Counted from the first letter of the stretch, positions 8,635-18,108 are shown. The stretch is 64,000 nucleotides of DNA from Myxococcales bacterium (GCA_947499075.1 CANMNA010000001.1:8615-72614), one strand, 5' to 3'. The notes: a model not told the origin generated them from the sequence alone. Numbers and translations: made by a program.

Positions 8635-9795
8635 ATGACCACCACCCGTCTCGTCCGCCTCTACCTGGTACTTGCGCTGTCGTCCGTGCTCGCTACGCCG
8701 GCGTGGGCGCGCCGCCCTTTTCAAGACACCGACCTATTCTCGGGCCACTCGATTCGCCAGTCGTCCAAAGATCGCAAGATTGCTGTGGGTGTCAACGTCC
8801 ACGCCGCGCCTATACCGTATGTAGCGCGCAAGTCACTTGACGCCGCCGTTGCAAAGGCCAAGGGAATCTACCCCGACGCTGCCGCGCTGGTCAGCGTACT
8901 GGAGAAGTCGGACACCGCCAAGGTCAATGCGCTAGCCTCCGCCAAGAACATCAAGGGCACCCAAGACCAGTTGCGGTCCGATCTTGCCAAGGCTGGCGTT
9001 ACGCCGACCAAAGCCCAGACCGATGCCATCAACAACATCAACAGCGGCAACATCGACAACGTCGCCGCCATTTCGCTCATCGCTGGCGGCAGCGCCGACG
9101 AAGCGTTCATCTTTGGCTTGGAGCCCTGGGCGGAGTACAACTTCGGCACCTACGACTTGACCGCATCGCTGCCCTTGGCTGGGTTCAAGAACAGCGACGG
9201 CAGCTCCTTCTCGGTTGGCAACTTGTCGCTGGACTTGCGGGCAGGCTCGCGTCGCAGCATGGGCGCGGCCGGTGTGTACTTGCCCTTCGCCATCGGCTGG
9301 ACGGGAGGCTTGAACTTGTACTTGCCGACCGGCACTTCTGACGCCAACCGAGTCGCGTTGTCCAACGTGCTTGCGCTACCCAAGTACTTGCACGAGTACG
9401 CGACGGTGCAGCCCTACGCTATTTTTGGCGCCGAAGCCACGATCTTGGCCGTGCTGTTGCGGTTGGAGTACAGTCACATGCAGGCCATGCGCGGTAACCC
9501 GCAGTTTTCCAAGGTCGGCTATCTGAATTGGGGCGCTTCGGCCATCATCCGAGCGTGGGTGGTCGACATGGTTGGCGAACTAGACGGCTTGGTCGAGGTC
9601 TACAACGCGCCGGCCATGAACGACATTTACGGTACCTTTGGGGCGCGGCTCAACGTCGGTCCGGTGCGGTTGGGCATGGGCGCGCGAATGCCGATTACGA
9701 CGCATAGCCCATCGGCCAATGACCAGTCGTTTGGCATCTCGTTTGCAAACGTCACCAAGCTCAACGTGTTGCTGCAAGCCATTCTCACGTTTTGA
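8635..9795 (+). CDS. Secreted, possibly outer-membrane, protein of unknown function
   Basis: I chose the internal ATG at 8635, which gives the signal peptide MTTTRLVRLYLVLALSSVLATPAWA. The C-terminus ends in ...LLQAILTF; a terminal aromatic residue is common in beta-barrel OMPs. Confidence 0.55.
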   Translation: MTTTRLVRLYLVLALSSVLATPAWARRPFQDTDLFSGHSIRQSSKDRKIAVGVNVHAAPIPYVARKSLDAAVAKAKGIYPDAAALVSVLEKSDTAKVNALASAKNIKGTQDQLRSDLAKAGVTPTKAQTDAINNINSGNIDNVAAISLIAGGSADEAFIFGLEPWAEYNFGTYDLTASLPLAGFKNSDGSSFSVGNLSLDLRAGSRRSMGAAGVYLPFAIGWTGGLNLYLPTGTSDANRVALSNVLALPKYLHEYATVQPYAIFGAEATILAVLLRLEYSHMQAMRGNPQFSKVGYLNWGASAIIRAWVVDMVGELDGLVEVYNAPAMNDIYGTFGARLNVGPVRLGMGARMPITTHSPSANDQSFGISFANVTKLNVLLQAILTF

Positions 9796-9813
9796 GAACG
9801 AGCGCCCGCTTGT

Positions 9814-10968
9814 TCAACTGTGCCACTTGGAAACAGGGCTTTCGGCTGGCCTTGTCGCCGCTGACGCCTTGGCAAACTCAATCTCACGCCGCAAGCGCCC
9901 TGTGCGCACACCGCACGGAAACGTATTCGCCGGAAATTCGACGGCCGCCGCTGGCAAGCCCTGCAGCATAAGCGCCGCTTGCTCTGACAACTGCCGCCGA
10001 GCCTGCTGGTAGGCTGCGCAAATCAGCGCGAACGCCTGCTCGAACTCCTCGGCTTGCTGTCTGCAGGCGGCGTGAACGATGAGTGGTCGGCGGCCACGCT
10101 TTTTGGGCAGTTTGGGCTTGGAACGAGGCTCGCGACGTTGTCCCGCGTCGTCGGAACCGTCGTGACCGCGCGGGTCGGTAGCATCGGGGAGGGCCAGGCT
10201 GGGGCCGGCGTTCGAAAGCCCTGCACGGCTTTGACCATCAATAATATCAGTGCGTTGAACAAAGGGTGCGTTTGAATACTTCGCCTCGGCATTCGCCGCA
10301 AGAGCTTGATACTTTTGGAGTTGTTCGAAGGTCGCCAAGTGGTCCCAGCACGGCAGCACGGCCAACTCGACGACCGAATGCGACACGTAGGCTTCGTCCG
10401 CCTTTGGACCGAGTTTGTGCCGCGCGTCGAGGGTCTTCTGGTGGTAGTCAAAGTACCTGCCGACAATGGGCGCCCCTTCGATCAGCGCCCGATTCGTGTT
10501 GGCTCCCCGCCACCCCATCATGCCAAGTTCACCCTTGACCTTAACCGCTTGGCCCATGATGTATGCCAAGCGATTGGCCTGCGTCGTTTCTTCCATGAGC
10601 ACGGGGGTCACTTTGGCGCGCCCGGCGAAGACGGGGCCCTTGCGACCGTTCGCCCGGTTGGCCCAGCGCGCCATGGACGCATGAACATCGTTCAGGAAAT
10701 CGGCCATTGCGTCCGGATCAGGTGCTGCATACAACCCGTGATAATGGTTGCTCATCACGAAATAGGCATAGATCGTTACACCGTGCCGTTGTTGAGCACG
10801 GGCGAAGATGGCGTCAAACGCCGGGCCGATGCTGTCGTGCAAGTCCGGGTCGAATAGGAAGGTGCCGCCGATGGTGCGTGCGGTGACTTCGTAGAGAAGA
10901 GTCGGGTCGTAACATCGAATTGCGCGCATCGGCCACCGTCCCGCAGTTGAGCGCGGGCTGCGTGACAT
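9814..10968 (-). CDS. RAYT-like HUH/Y1 tyrosine transposase (COG1943-type) with a C-terminal extension; contains an in-frame repeat copy
   Basis: The HUH motif is YAYFVMSNHYHGLY. It is followed by ARWANRANGRKGPVFAGRAKV and ANRLAYIMGQ, a candidate catalytic Tyr context. The start could instead be M14 (10929). Codons at 10230-10280 are AT-rich, unlike the rest of the gene. Confidence 0.7.
   Translation of the reverse strand: MSRSPRSTAGRWPMRAIRCYDPTLLYEVTARTIGGTFLFDPDLHDSIGPAFDAIFARAQQRHGVTIYAYFVMSNHYHGLYAAPDPDAMADFLNDVHASMARWANRANGRKGPVFAGRAKVTPVLMEETTQANRLAYIMGQAVKVKGELGMMGWRGANTNRALIEGAPIVGRYFDYHQKTLDARHKLGPKADEAYVSHSVVELAVLPCWDHLATFEQLQKYQALAANAEAKYSNAPFVQRTDIIDGQSRAGLSNAGPSLALPDATDPRGHDGSDDAGQRREPRSKPKLPKKRGRRPLIVHAACRQQAEEFEQAFALICAAYQQARRQLSEQAALMLQGLPAAAVEFPANTFPCGVRTGRLRREIEFAKASAATRPAESPVSKWHS
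10254..10274 (+). repeat. Dispersed core repeat copy 3 (GTTGAACAAAGGGTGCGTTTG), intragenic
   Basis: 19/21 match to the consensus. It lies antisense inside the RAYT-like ORF, where it is translated as NAPFVQR. Confidence 0.85.
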
Positions 10969-11060
10969 GATCGCCGGCCAGCGACTTTTTCCGCGGCCAC
11001 CGACTAAGAATACTGCCCCGAAGTGGTGAGGCGAAAGTCGAGGCCTAGCAATATTAGGCT

Positions 11061-11081
11061 GTTGAACAAAGGGTGGGTTTG
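11061..11081 (+). repeat. Dispersed core repeat copy 4 (GTTGAACAAAGGGTGGGTTTG)
   Basis: 18/21 match to the consensus. It lies 93 nt upstream of the RAYT-like start and 114 nt upstream of the AAA+ gene. Confidence 0.85.
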
Positions 11082-11194
11082 AATTCGCGCCAATTGCGAC
11101 AGCGGCAGACGTGATCGCACCGTGACGCAGTCAGCCGGCCAGCCCCCTTCGCCAAGCCGGCCCGCCGTGCTATGTTCAGCCGCGAGGTAGCCCA

Positions 11195-13387
11195 ATGGCC
11201 AAGTTAAAGTCCCTGCAAATACAACATATTGCAACTCAGGCCGATCCTGCGGCACGCGTGCTGCTGTGCCAGCGCTGGCTGGCCGCCGCCTGCAGCCACA
11301 TGCGCGTGCGGATGGTGATGGCCACGCAGGTACGGCAAGCCAAAGCCGCCGGGTTGACCGAAGACGAAGCGTTGCTGTCCGTCGAGCCCACCCAAGTCGA
11401 GGTCCACCAAGCGCAGCGCAAGGTCGAAGCTGTGGCAGCAGACGCGCATGCTGCCGGCATCCGGCTGCCCATAGATCAGTTGGCACAACAGGCACTTCTG
11501 GACGATGACGACCGTGACATCCTGTTGCTTTCGATCGCTCCGCAAGTCGACGTCGATATTCGGGACGCCGTGGCGCGCTTCAACGACAACTTGTTGGCCA
11601 ACTACGTCGATGTCCGTTTGAGTTTAGAGTTCTTGCGATCCGACACCGTCGATCGGCTCGCCCTGCGCGGGCGGTTTGGCCCGGACGCTACGCTGCGCCG
11701 CACGCGCCTCGTTTCGCTGGAGCGCCGCGATTCGGGTGGCGACAACTTGCTGAGCTACGAAGTCGTACCGGCGCCGCGCGTGTTGCAGCTGCTGCTGGGC
11801 GATCAGGGTCTGCTCGACGTGTCGATGGCTGGCATCGCGACTTTTCACCGCCCGACAGTACGGTTGGACCAAGTCGTGCTTCCGCCAGGCGACCTCGATC
11901 CCTTGCTGACTTTGCTCGATGCGTGGCACCACCGCAGCGCTCAAGCGCTACAGCCCGGCTCGCCGTTTTCGCTGCCGCCTGGTTTGGTCGTCGAGATTTC
12001 CGGACCGCCAGGTACCGGCAAGTCTATGCTTGTCGAAGGTTTGGCCTACCACCTGCAAAAACCAATTCTGGCCATCGACGCGACGCGCCTGAGCGAAATG
12101 GCTGACGTCGATGTCCAGCGCAACTTGTACTCTTCGCTCGACCAAGCGCGCCTGATCGATGCCATGCTGGTCCTTGATGGTGTCGACGGCCTGCTCGCCA
12201 AGGGCAGCTCCAAAGTGGACGTGGTCCAAGATGTCTTGCGTGGCCACCCGGCGCTGACGGTGCTCACGTCACGCGACACAGCGGTCCTCGATCCGAATCT
12301 GGACCGCTTCGTGGTGCAACGCTTGATGCTCGACACGCCTGCTCCTCAAGAGCGAAAGAAAATCTACGACTTGCATTTACCGGACGGCGTAGTGTTTGAG
12401 TCGTCCGACGACGTGATGGCGCTGGCGGGCCAATTCACGTTCCCGGGAGCGCTGATCCGCAATGCCATGCAAGTCGCCGCCAACCGGGCATTTGCCGCGA
12501 GTCCAGATCGCCCTGTGATTTCTTCGGAATTGCTGAAGAAGGCCTGCTACGAGCAGATCCGCGCTAGCTTGGAAGAGTACGCGGTGCGCAAGAAGACCGG
12601 GCTGTCGCTTTCTGACCTCATTGTGCCGCAAGAGACCCGCGACGACATCGAAGAGATGTTCGTGGCCGCCCGCCAGCGCGCACACGTGCTGCACAACTGG
12701 GGGTTTGCCCAGAAAATGTCGACAGGAAAGGGCATCGTCGCCCTGTTTTCTGGTGATCCGGGTACCGGCAAGACGCTGTGCGCAACTATCTTGGCCAACG
12801 AGATGGACCAGCAATTGTTCCAGATTGCGATTCCTCGGGTCGTGAGCAAGTGGATCGGCGAGACCGAAAAGAACATCGAGAAAATCTTCGAAACCGCGCG
12901 CGCGTCGCACGGCATATTGCTGTTTGACGAGGCGGATTCGCTTTTTGCGAGTCGGACCAAGGTCGATTCGAGCGTCGACCGGTACAGCAACATGGCCACC
13001 AACATGTTGCTCCAAGAAATCGAGAACTTCGAGGGCGTGGTCATTCTGACGACCAACCTGGAGAAGAACATCGACAAGGCGTTTCAGCGCCGAATCGGGT
13101 TCAAGATCCACTTTCCGTTTCCAGAAGCTCAGTTTCGGGCGCGGATTTGGCAGACGCTGGTGCCCAAGGCCTGTCCCGTCGATCCGGGTATGGATTGGAC
13201 GGCCCTGGGCCAGCGGTTTGAGCTATCTGGCGGTCACATCAAGAATGCGGTGCTGCGCGGCGCCTACCAAGCTGCGGCTGAGGGCGACGCGATCCGGTTC
13301 AAGCACTTTGAATTCGCGGCACGCCAAGAGTGTAAGAACGCCGGCAAGGTCTTCCGCAGCACCGCTGGCATGGGCGACCTCTTCTAG
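11195..13387 (+). CDS. Two-domain AAA+ ATPase (degenerate first module, classical second module)
   Basis: AAA-1 has GPPGTGKS but the Walker B is LVLDGVD, with no DE. AAA-2 has GDPGTGKT, LLFDEAD, TTN (sensor 1) and FQRR (Arg finger). Confidence 0.85.
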   Translation: MAKLKSLQIQHIATQADPAARVLLCQRWLAAACSHMRVRMVMATQVRQAKAAGLTEDEALLSVEPTQVEVHQAQRKVEAVAADAHAAGIRLPIDQLAQQALLDDDDRDILLLSIAPQVDVDIRDAVARFNDNLLANYVDVRLSLEFLRSDTVDRLALRGRFGPDATLRRTRLVSLERRDSGGDNLLSYEVVPAPRVLQLLLGDQGLLDVSMAGIATFHRPTVRLDQVVLPPGDLDPLLTLLDAWHHRSAQALQPGSPFSLPPGLVVEISGPPGTGKSMLVEGLAYHLQKPILAIDATRLSEMADVDVQRNLYSSLDQARLIDAMLVLDGVDGLLAKGSSKVDVVQDVLRGHPALTVLTSRDTAVLDPNLDRFVVQRLMLDTPAPQERKKIYDLHLPDGVVFESSDDVMALAGQFTFPGALIRNAMQVAANRAFAASPDRPVISSELLKKACYEQIRASLEEYAVRKKTGLSLSDLIVPQETRDDIEEMFVAARQRAHVLHNWGFAQKMSTGKGIVALFSGDPGTGKTLCATILANEMDQQLFQIAIPRVVSKWIGETEKNIEKIFETARASHGILLFDEADSLFASRTKVDSSVDRYSNMATNMLLQEIENFEGVVILTTNLEKNIDKAFQRRIGFKIHFPFPEAQFRARIWQTLVPKACPVDPGMDWTALGQRFELSGGHIKNAVLRGAYQAAAEGDAIRFKHFEFAARQECKNAGKVFRSTAGMGDLF

Positions 13388-13391
13388 GATA

Positions 13392-13412
13392 CGGACGCAC
13401 CCTTTGTTCAAC
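13392..13412 (-). repeat. Dispersed core repeat copy 5 (exact consensus)
   Basis: Reads CGGACGCACCCTTTGTTCAAC on the plus strand. CTAG lies at 13384-13387 and 13412-13415 on either side. Confidence 0.9.
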
Positions 13413-13551
13413 TAGCTGAATTTACAGCGACCGTTCGGCCGTTGCCGCCCGAACGCAATCTCGGTACCATGACGCACCGCGTCACGTGTTCGTGCACGCG
13501 ATTCCCGTCGCCACTTTTCCGCCGGCCCACGCGCCGACCACCGAGCCACTG

Positions 13552-15372
13552 ATGAGCACCGCGCTTCACTACAAGTCCAATCTCCGCGATCTGCAGTTCA
13601 ACCTCTTCGAAGTCAGCGACATCGGCAAGACGGTGCTGGGGCAGGGCGAATTTGCCTATCTGGACGAACGGACCGCCCGCGACGTGCTCAAGGCTGTCGA
13701 CGAACTGTCGCGTACTGAGATCGCGGCGTCGTTTCAAGCCGCGGATCAGGACCCGCTTACCCAAGACGCAGCAGGCAACGTGATTCTGCCCAAGTCCGTC
13801 ACCAAGTCGCTGCAAGCGTATTACGACGCGGGGTTTGGCGGCCTTGAATTGCCAGAGCACATGGGCGGCATTGGCGCACCACCGTCGCTGATTTGGGCGT
13901 GTTTTGAGCTGATTGCCGGTGGCAACCCGGTCGTCGCATTTTACCTGTTTGGCACGTTTATCGCCAAGATCGTCGATCGGTTGGGCACGCCGAGCCAAAA
14001 GGCGCGGTTTGTCAAAGCCCACGTCGCAAACAACTGGGGCGGCTCGATGGTACTGACCGAGCCAGATGCAGGCAGCGACGTCGGTGCCGGGCGCGCCAAG
14101 GCCGTGCAAGTCGAAGATGACCTGTGGGAAATCACGGGCACCAAGCGCTTCATCACCAACGGCGACTTCGACTTTCCAGCCAACATCATCCACTTGGTGC
14201 TGGCCCGGCCAGAGGGCGCTGACGTCGGCACCAAAGGCTTGAGCCTGTTCATCGTGCCCAAGATCTGGGTCAACGTCGATGGCAGCCTCGGCGAGCCCAA
14301 CGGCGTGCGCGTGAGCAAAGTCGAGAAAAAGATGGGCATCAAGGGCTCATCGACCTGCGAGATGGTGTTTGGCGAAGACAAGCCCGCGCGTGGCTTTCTG
14401 ATGGGCAACGTCCACGATGGCATTCGTCAAATGTTTCATGTGATTGAGAATGCGCGGATGGCCGTCGGGCTCAAGTCGGCGACGACGATGTCAACCGCCT
14501 ACCTCAACGCGCTGGCGTACGCCAAGGACCGCGTGCAAGGCCCCGATTTGCTGCAGGCGATGGACAAGAAGGCGCCGCGCGTGCGGATTATTCAGCACCC
14601 CGACGTCAAGCGCATGCTGATGAGTTGCAAGGCCCACGCCGAAGGCATGCGCGCAATCGCCTTCTTTACCGCGCACTTGCAGGACCTCGTCGAGTTGCTG
14701 GGTGGCCACGGCGACAAGCGGGCTATCGAGCTGGACCGCCTCAACGACCTGATGCTGCCGTTGGTCAAGGGCTGGAATTCAGACCGCGGCTACGAGCAAC
14801 TCGGGGTTGCGCTGCAAATTATCGGTGGGTCGGGGTACGTCCAAGATTTTCCGTTTGAGCAATACATTCGCGACCAGAAGATCGACTCCCTCTACGAGGG
14901 CACGACCCACATTCAGGCGCTCGACCTGATTTTTCGCAAGATTGCCAAAGACGGCGGCGCAACTTTGGGCGTGCTCGCCGCGATGGTTCAGCAGACCTTG
15001 GACAGCGACGAGGGCGGCAATGAGCTGGTCGAAGAGCGCACAGCGGTCGCCAAGGGGCTGGGCGACATCAACGGCATCTTGATGGCGTTGTTGGAGAAAC
15101 TCAACGAATCTCCGTATCACGTCGGCTTTCAGGGCAATCGCGTGCTGCTGGCCCTGGCAGACGTAGTGGTGGCCTGGCTCTTGGTCCGTCATGCGGCGAT
15201 TGCCGTGGCCAAGTTGCCCAAAGCGAAAGCCAGCGACAAGGCGTTCTACACCGGCAAGATCGCCTCGGCACGCTGGTGGTGCAAGAACGTGCTGCCAGGC
15301 GTGACGCTGACGCGCAAACTCGTGCAGGGATCGGATCTCGCGCTCATGGACCTCGCCGAGGACGCGTTTTAG
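13552..15372 (+). CDS. Large acyl-CoA dehydrogenase
   Basis: I chose the start at MSTALHYKSNLRDLQFNLFEV. The ACAD family pattern TEPDAGSDVG...RFITNGD...STCEMVFG is present, with a long C-terminal domain. Confidence 0.88.
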   Translation: MSTALHYKSNLRDLQFNLFEVSDIGKTVLGQGEFAYLDERTARDVLKAVDELSRTEIAASFQAADQDPLTQDAAGNVILPKSVTKSLQAYYDAGFGGLELPEHMGGIGAPPSLIWACFELIAGGNPVVAFYLFGTFIAKIVDRLGTPSQKARFVKAHVANNWGGSMVLTEPDAGSDVGAGRAKAVQVEDDLWEITGTKRFITNGDFDFPANIIHLVLARPEGADVGTKGLSLFIVPKIWVNVDGSLGEPNGVRVSKVEKKMGIKGSSTCEMVFGEDKPARGFLMGNVHDGIRQMFHVIENARMAVGLKSATTMSTAYLNALAYAKDRVQGPDLLQAMDKKAPRVRIIQHPDVKRMLMSCKAHAEGMRAIAFFTAHLQDLVELLGGHGDKRAIELDRLNDLMLPLVKGWNSDRGYEQLGVALQIIGGSGYVQDFPFEQYIRDQKIDSLYEGTTHIQALDLIFRKIAKDGGATLGVLAAMVQQTLDSDEGGNELVEERTAVAKGLGDINGILMALLEKLNESPYHVGFQGNRVLLALADVVVAWLLVRHAAIAVAKLPKAKASDKAFYTGKIASARWWCKNVLPGVTLTRKLVQGSDLALMDLAEDAF

Positions 15373-16397
15373 CGGCGCGGATACTGCGGCTGGGCTTCCG
15401 ACATCTCTCGCAATTTTGCTTCGATGGCCTCAGCCCGTTGGTTGGCCTGAACCGCACGCATCTGAGCATCGGCTGCCCGCTGTTCTGCGAGCTGTGCCTT
15501 GCGTTGGGCATCGGCCGCGGTGGCTTCCGCTTGCTTGGCCTTGGCCTCGGCCTGCTGCGCCCGACTGTCCGCCTGTTTGGCCAGCAACTCGGCTTGCTGG
15601 GCACGTTGCTCTGCCAATGCGGCCCGTTGCTCGGCACCTTGGGCGCGCTGGTCGGCGGTGCGCGCCTGATGCTGCGCCTGACCCGCCGCTGCCTCCGCGC
15701 GTGCCGCCGTCTGCTTGGCCGTTTCAGCGGCGACTTGGGCGTTTTTGACCAGATCTCCCGTGTCCGAGGCCAGTCGACGCTGAATCCCAACCAGCTTGTT
15801 GACCGCATCGCGACGGTCGCGCCAAGGTCCCGGCAACGCCATGTACGCCGTGTAGAACACCGCAGCTTCCTGCCACAAATTGCCGAGCTCGCACGCCCGC
15901 GCTGCGTTGTAGAGTAGCACCGGCTTCGGCACCAGCATGTAGGCTGCCTCATACAGGTTGGCCGCTTGACCATGCTGGCCATTTTGGGCCTGCTGCTTGC
16001 CCAATTGCACACACGACACAGCGTGCTCGGCAACAAGTGCTGCGCTGGACTTCTTGGCGTCCGCCAATTCCATCTTCCACAGCTTGCTCTTGCCTTGGCT
16101 GTTTGCCGTGTCGTCAAACTTGTCGTACAGCGCCTTGGCGTGACCGGCTCGCAGGCACTTCTGCACTGGATCGCCTGCCATCGCCGCAGTGCAGCGCAGC
16201 ACTGACGCAGCCGCCCAGTAGTTGTTTGAGGCGCCCGTATCGGCTTGGGCCTGCTGCTCCAGTGTCTGAGAAAATTGCTCAGGATTCTGGTCGCCCATCG
16301 TCGTGAGTACTTGGCCGCAAATATCAGCTGCAAGCGTTGGCGCTGCTAGCAACGCGCCCGTGACCGCTGTCACCAGCATGAACTTGTACTCCGGCAT
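15369..16397 (-). CDS. Secreted TPR/coiled-coil protein (Ala/Gln/Glu-rich repeats)
   Basis: The signal peptide is MPEYKFMLVTAVTGALLAAPTLA. The C-terminal heptad-like repeats read AQQAEAKAKQAEATAADAQRKAQLAEQRAADAQ. Its stop overlaps the convergent ACAD stop (TTAG at 15369-15372). Confidence 0.6.
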   Translation of the reverse strand: MPEYKFMLVTAVTGALLAAPTLAADICGQVLTTMGDQNPEQFSQTLEQQAQADTGASNNYWAAASVLRCTAAMAGDPVQKCLRAGHAKALYDKFDDTANSQGKSKLWKMELADAKKSSAALVAEHAVSCVQLGKQQAQNGQHGQAANLYEAAYMLVPKPVLLYNAARACELGNLWQEAAVFYTAYMALPGPWRDRRDAVNKLVGIQRRLASDTGDLVKNAQVAAETAKQTAARAEAAAGQAQHQARTADQRAQGAEQRAALAEQRAQQAELLAKQADSRAQQAEAKAKQAEATAADAQRKAQLAEQRAADAQMRAVQANQRAEAIEAKLREMSEAQPQYPRR

Positions 16398-16562
16398 GTG
16401 CGCCTCCGTGCCGCTAGGGCGGCGCGACTGTACCGTGCATCACCCGGTAGCGTCGAGAGACGGCGGGCGCCTTTGGCGCTAGACTGCCGGCACCGACGGT
16501 TTCGACCCGATCTTGGCTCAAGGGTCCCTGAGTCAGCCGCCTCTGTCCAACACTTACAGGTA

Positions 16563-16618
16563 GTTGAACAAAGGGTGCGTCCGTAATTCTTCCGTAATTC
16601 TAACAAAGGGTGCGTCCG
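16563..16618 (+). repeat. Dispersed core repeat copies 6a/6b (full core plus tandem partial core)
   Basis: GTTGAACAAAGGGTGCGTCCGTAATTCT-TCCGTAATTCT-AACAAAGGGTGCGTCCGTAATTCT shows internal tandem duplication of the element. Confidence 0.9.
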
Positions 16619-16629
16619 TAATTCTCTTT

Positions 16630-18075
16630 CTAGTCGGGCGGCCGTTCCGCCAGTTGCCACGCCACAACGGCCATTGTCGCGGCGCAGCGCGCCAACTCCT
16701 TGGCATCGACCTTGTCCACGGTATCCGCGGCAGTGTGATGATAGTCAAAGTACTTCTCGCCCTGCACAACCAAGCCAAAGTTGGGCACACCAAGCTGTAG
16801 CCAGGGCGAAATGTCCGCGCCGCCTTCTCCCGGCACCACTTGGAGCTGGACAATCGCTGCCAGTGCCTGGAGCCACGGCCCAGCCCACGCAGCAAGCGCC
16901 GCCGTCCCGGCATCGTCCTTGCCATGCACGCCCAGACCAACCGGAGCAAACCCGCCGCTGTCGGCCTCGAGCAAGGCGACGTGACGCTCAGCCTTGTGGG
17001 CTTCAAAGTAAGCCTTGCCGCCAGCGAGGCCGTTTTCCTCATTGGTGAACAAGACGACGCGTATCGTTCGTTTCGGCTGCAGTCCCAGCCGCTGCAACGT
17101 CGCCAGCGCCTGCATCGCCGCGACGACACCCGCGCCATCGTCGTGGGCGCCCTGTCCCACATCCCAGCTGTCGAGGTGACCGCCAATGACCACTATGTCG
17201 CCGGGGTGCTCGCTGCCAATCAGTTCCGCGACCACGTTGTGCGACGCAGCGGGCTCCTCCTCGTGTGCCTCCATCTGCAACAGGACCTCAGTCTTGATGC
17301 CGCGCGCCGCGAACCGCGCCAGTAACTCCGCGTGCTCGACAGAGATGGCTGCAACGGGCACGGGGGTCCCGCGCCCCTGATGCCGTGTGCCACCCGTATG
17401 CGGCGTGCTCAGGCTCTGGGCAGTCACCGAGCGCACCAGTGCCGCCACTGCGCCGTGCTCAAACGCCCACTGCGCGCCGTGAACGCGCTGCTGGACCGTG
17501 TCACCGTACCCAGAGCCGTGCTGGGGTGTCCACGCCGGCATCGCCTGATTGAACAGGACAATCTTGCCTTTGGCGGCCGCTGCCCGCGTCTTGAGCTCGG
17601 CCAAATCACGGACGACCAGCACTTCAGCCTTCAGGCCACCTACGGGCGTCGCAGTCGACCCGCCAAGCCCCAGCATCACCAGCGGCATGGCCCGCGGCGC
17701 CACCAGCTGAAGCGATTCTTTGCCACGCAGCCACTTGGGCACCATGACAGGTTCCAGGCGCGCCGTAGCGATGCCGTCTTGCCGAAGCGCTTTGACCGCC
17801 CACGCGGCTGCCAAGTCGAGCTGCGGCGACCCTGAGAGGCGATGTCCAATGTCGTCGCAGAGTTCGATCAACTTCTGGTACGCCGCATCGCTGGCCGTTG
17901 CGCTCTGCCAAATACGCTGCAGCACCGGGTCGATCGGCGCCGTCGCTGCAGACGCGACGAGTTCGGCCCGACAAGCCGAAAACAGGTGACCGCTGGACAA
18001 TAGCGCCGCAAGAAACAGCCTGTAGAGCCACACATGCCGGGTCGTCCACTTGCGCCTCCGCGAATTTTCGGCCAT
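16630..18075 (-). CDS. M28-family aminopeptidase
   Basis: I chose the start MAENSRRRKW..LFLAALLSSG (ATG at 18073-18075). The Zn-ligand region is GGHLDSWDVGQGAHDDGAGV...FTNEENGLAG. Confidence 0.85.
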   Translation of the reverse strand: MAENSRRRKWTTRHVWLYRLFLAALLSSGHLFSACRAELVASAATAPIDPVLQRIWQSATASDAAYQKLIELCDDIGHRLSGSPQLDLAAAWAVKALRQDGIATARLEPVMVPKWLRGKESLQLVAPRAMPLVMLGLGGSTATPVGGLKAEVLVVRDLAELKTRAAAAKGKIVLFNQAMPAWTPQHGSGYGDTVQQRVHGAQWAFEHGAVAALVRSVTAQSLSTPHTGGTRHQGRGTPVPVAAISVEHAELLARFAARGIKTEVLLQMEAHEEEPAASHNVVAELIGSEHPGDIVVIGGHLDSWDVGQGAHDDGAGVVAAMQALATLQRLGLQPKRTIRVVLFTNEENGLAGGKAYFEAHKAERHVALLEADSGGFAPVGLGVHGKDDAGTAALAAWAGPWLQALAAIVQLQVVPGEGGADISPWLQLGVPNFGLVVQGEKYFDYHHTAADTVDKVDAKELARCAATMAVVAWQLAERPPD

Positions 18076-18108
18076 GTTGCCCGCCCGCTTCCGGTTGATA
18101 AGGCCCGC

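Noticed and set aside
15369-15372. Convergent genes whose stop codons overlap (TTAG).
   Set aside because: The overlap is real in the sequence but trivial. No regulatory implication can be supported from it.
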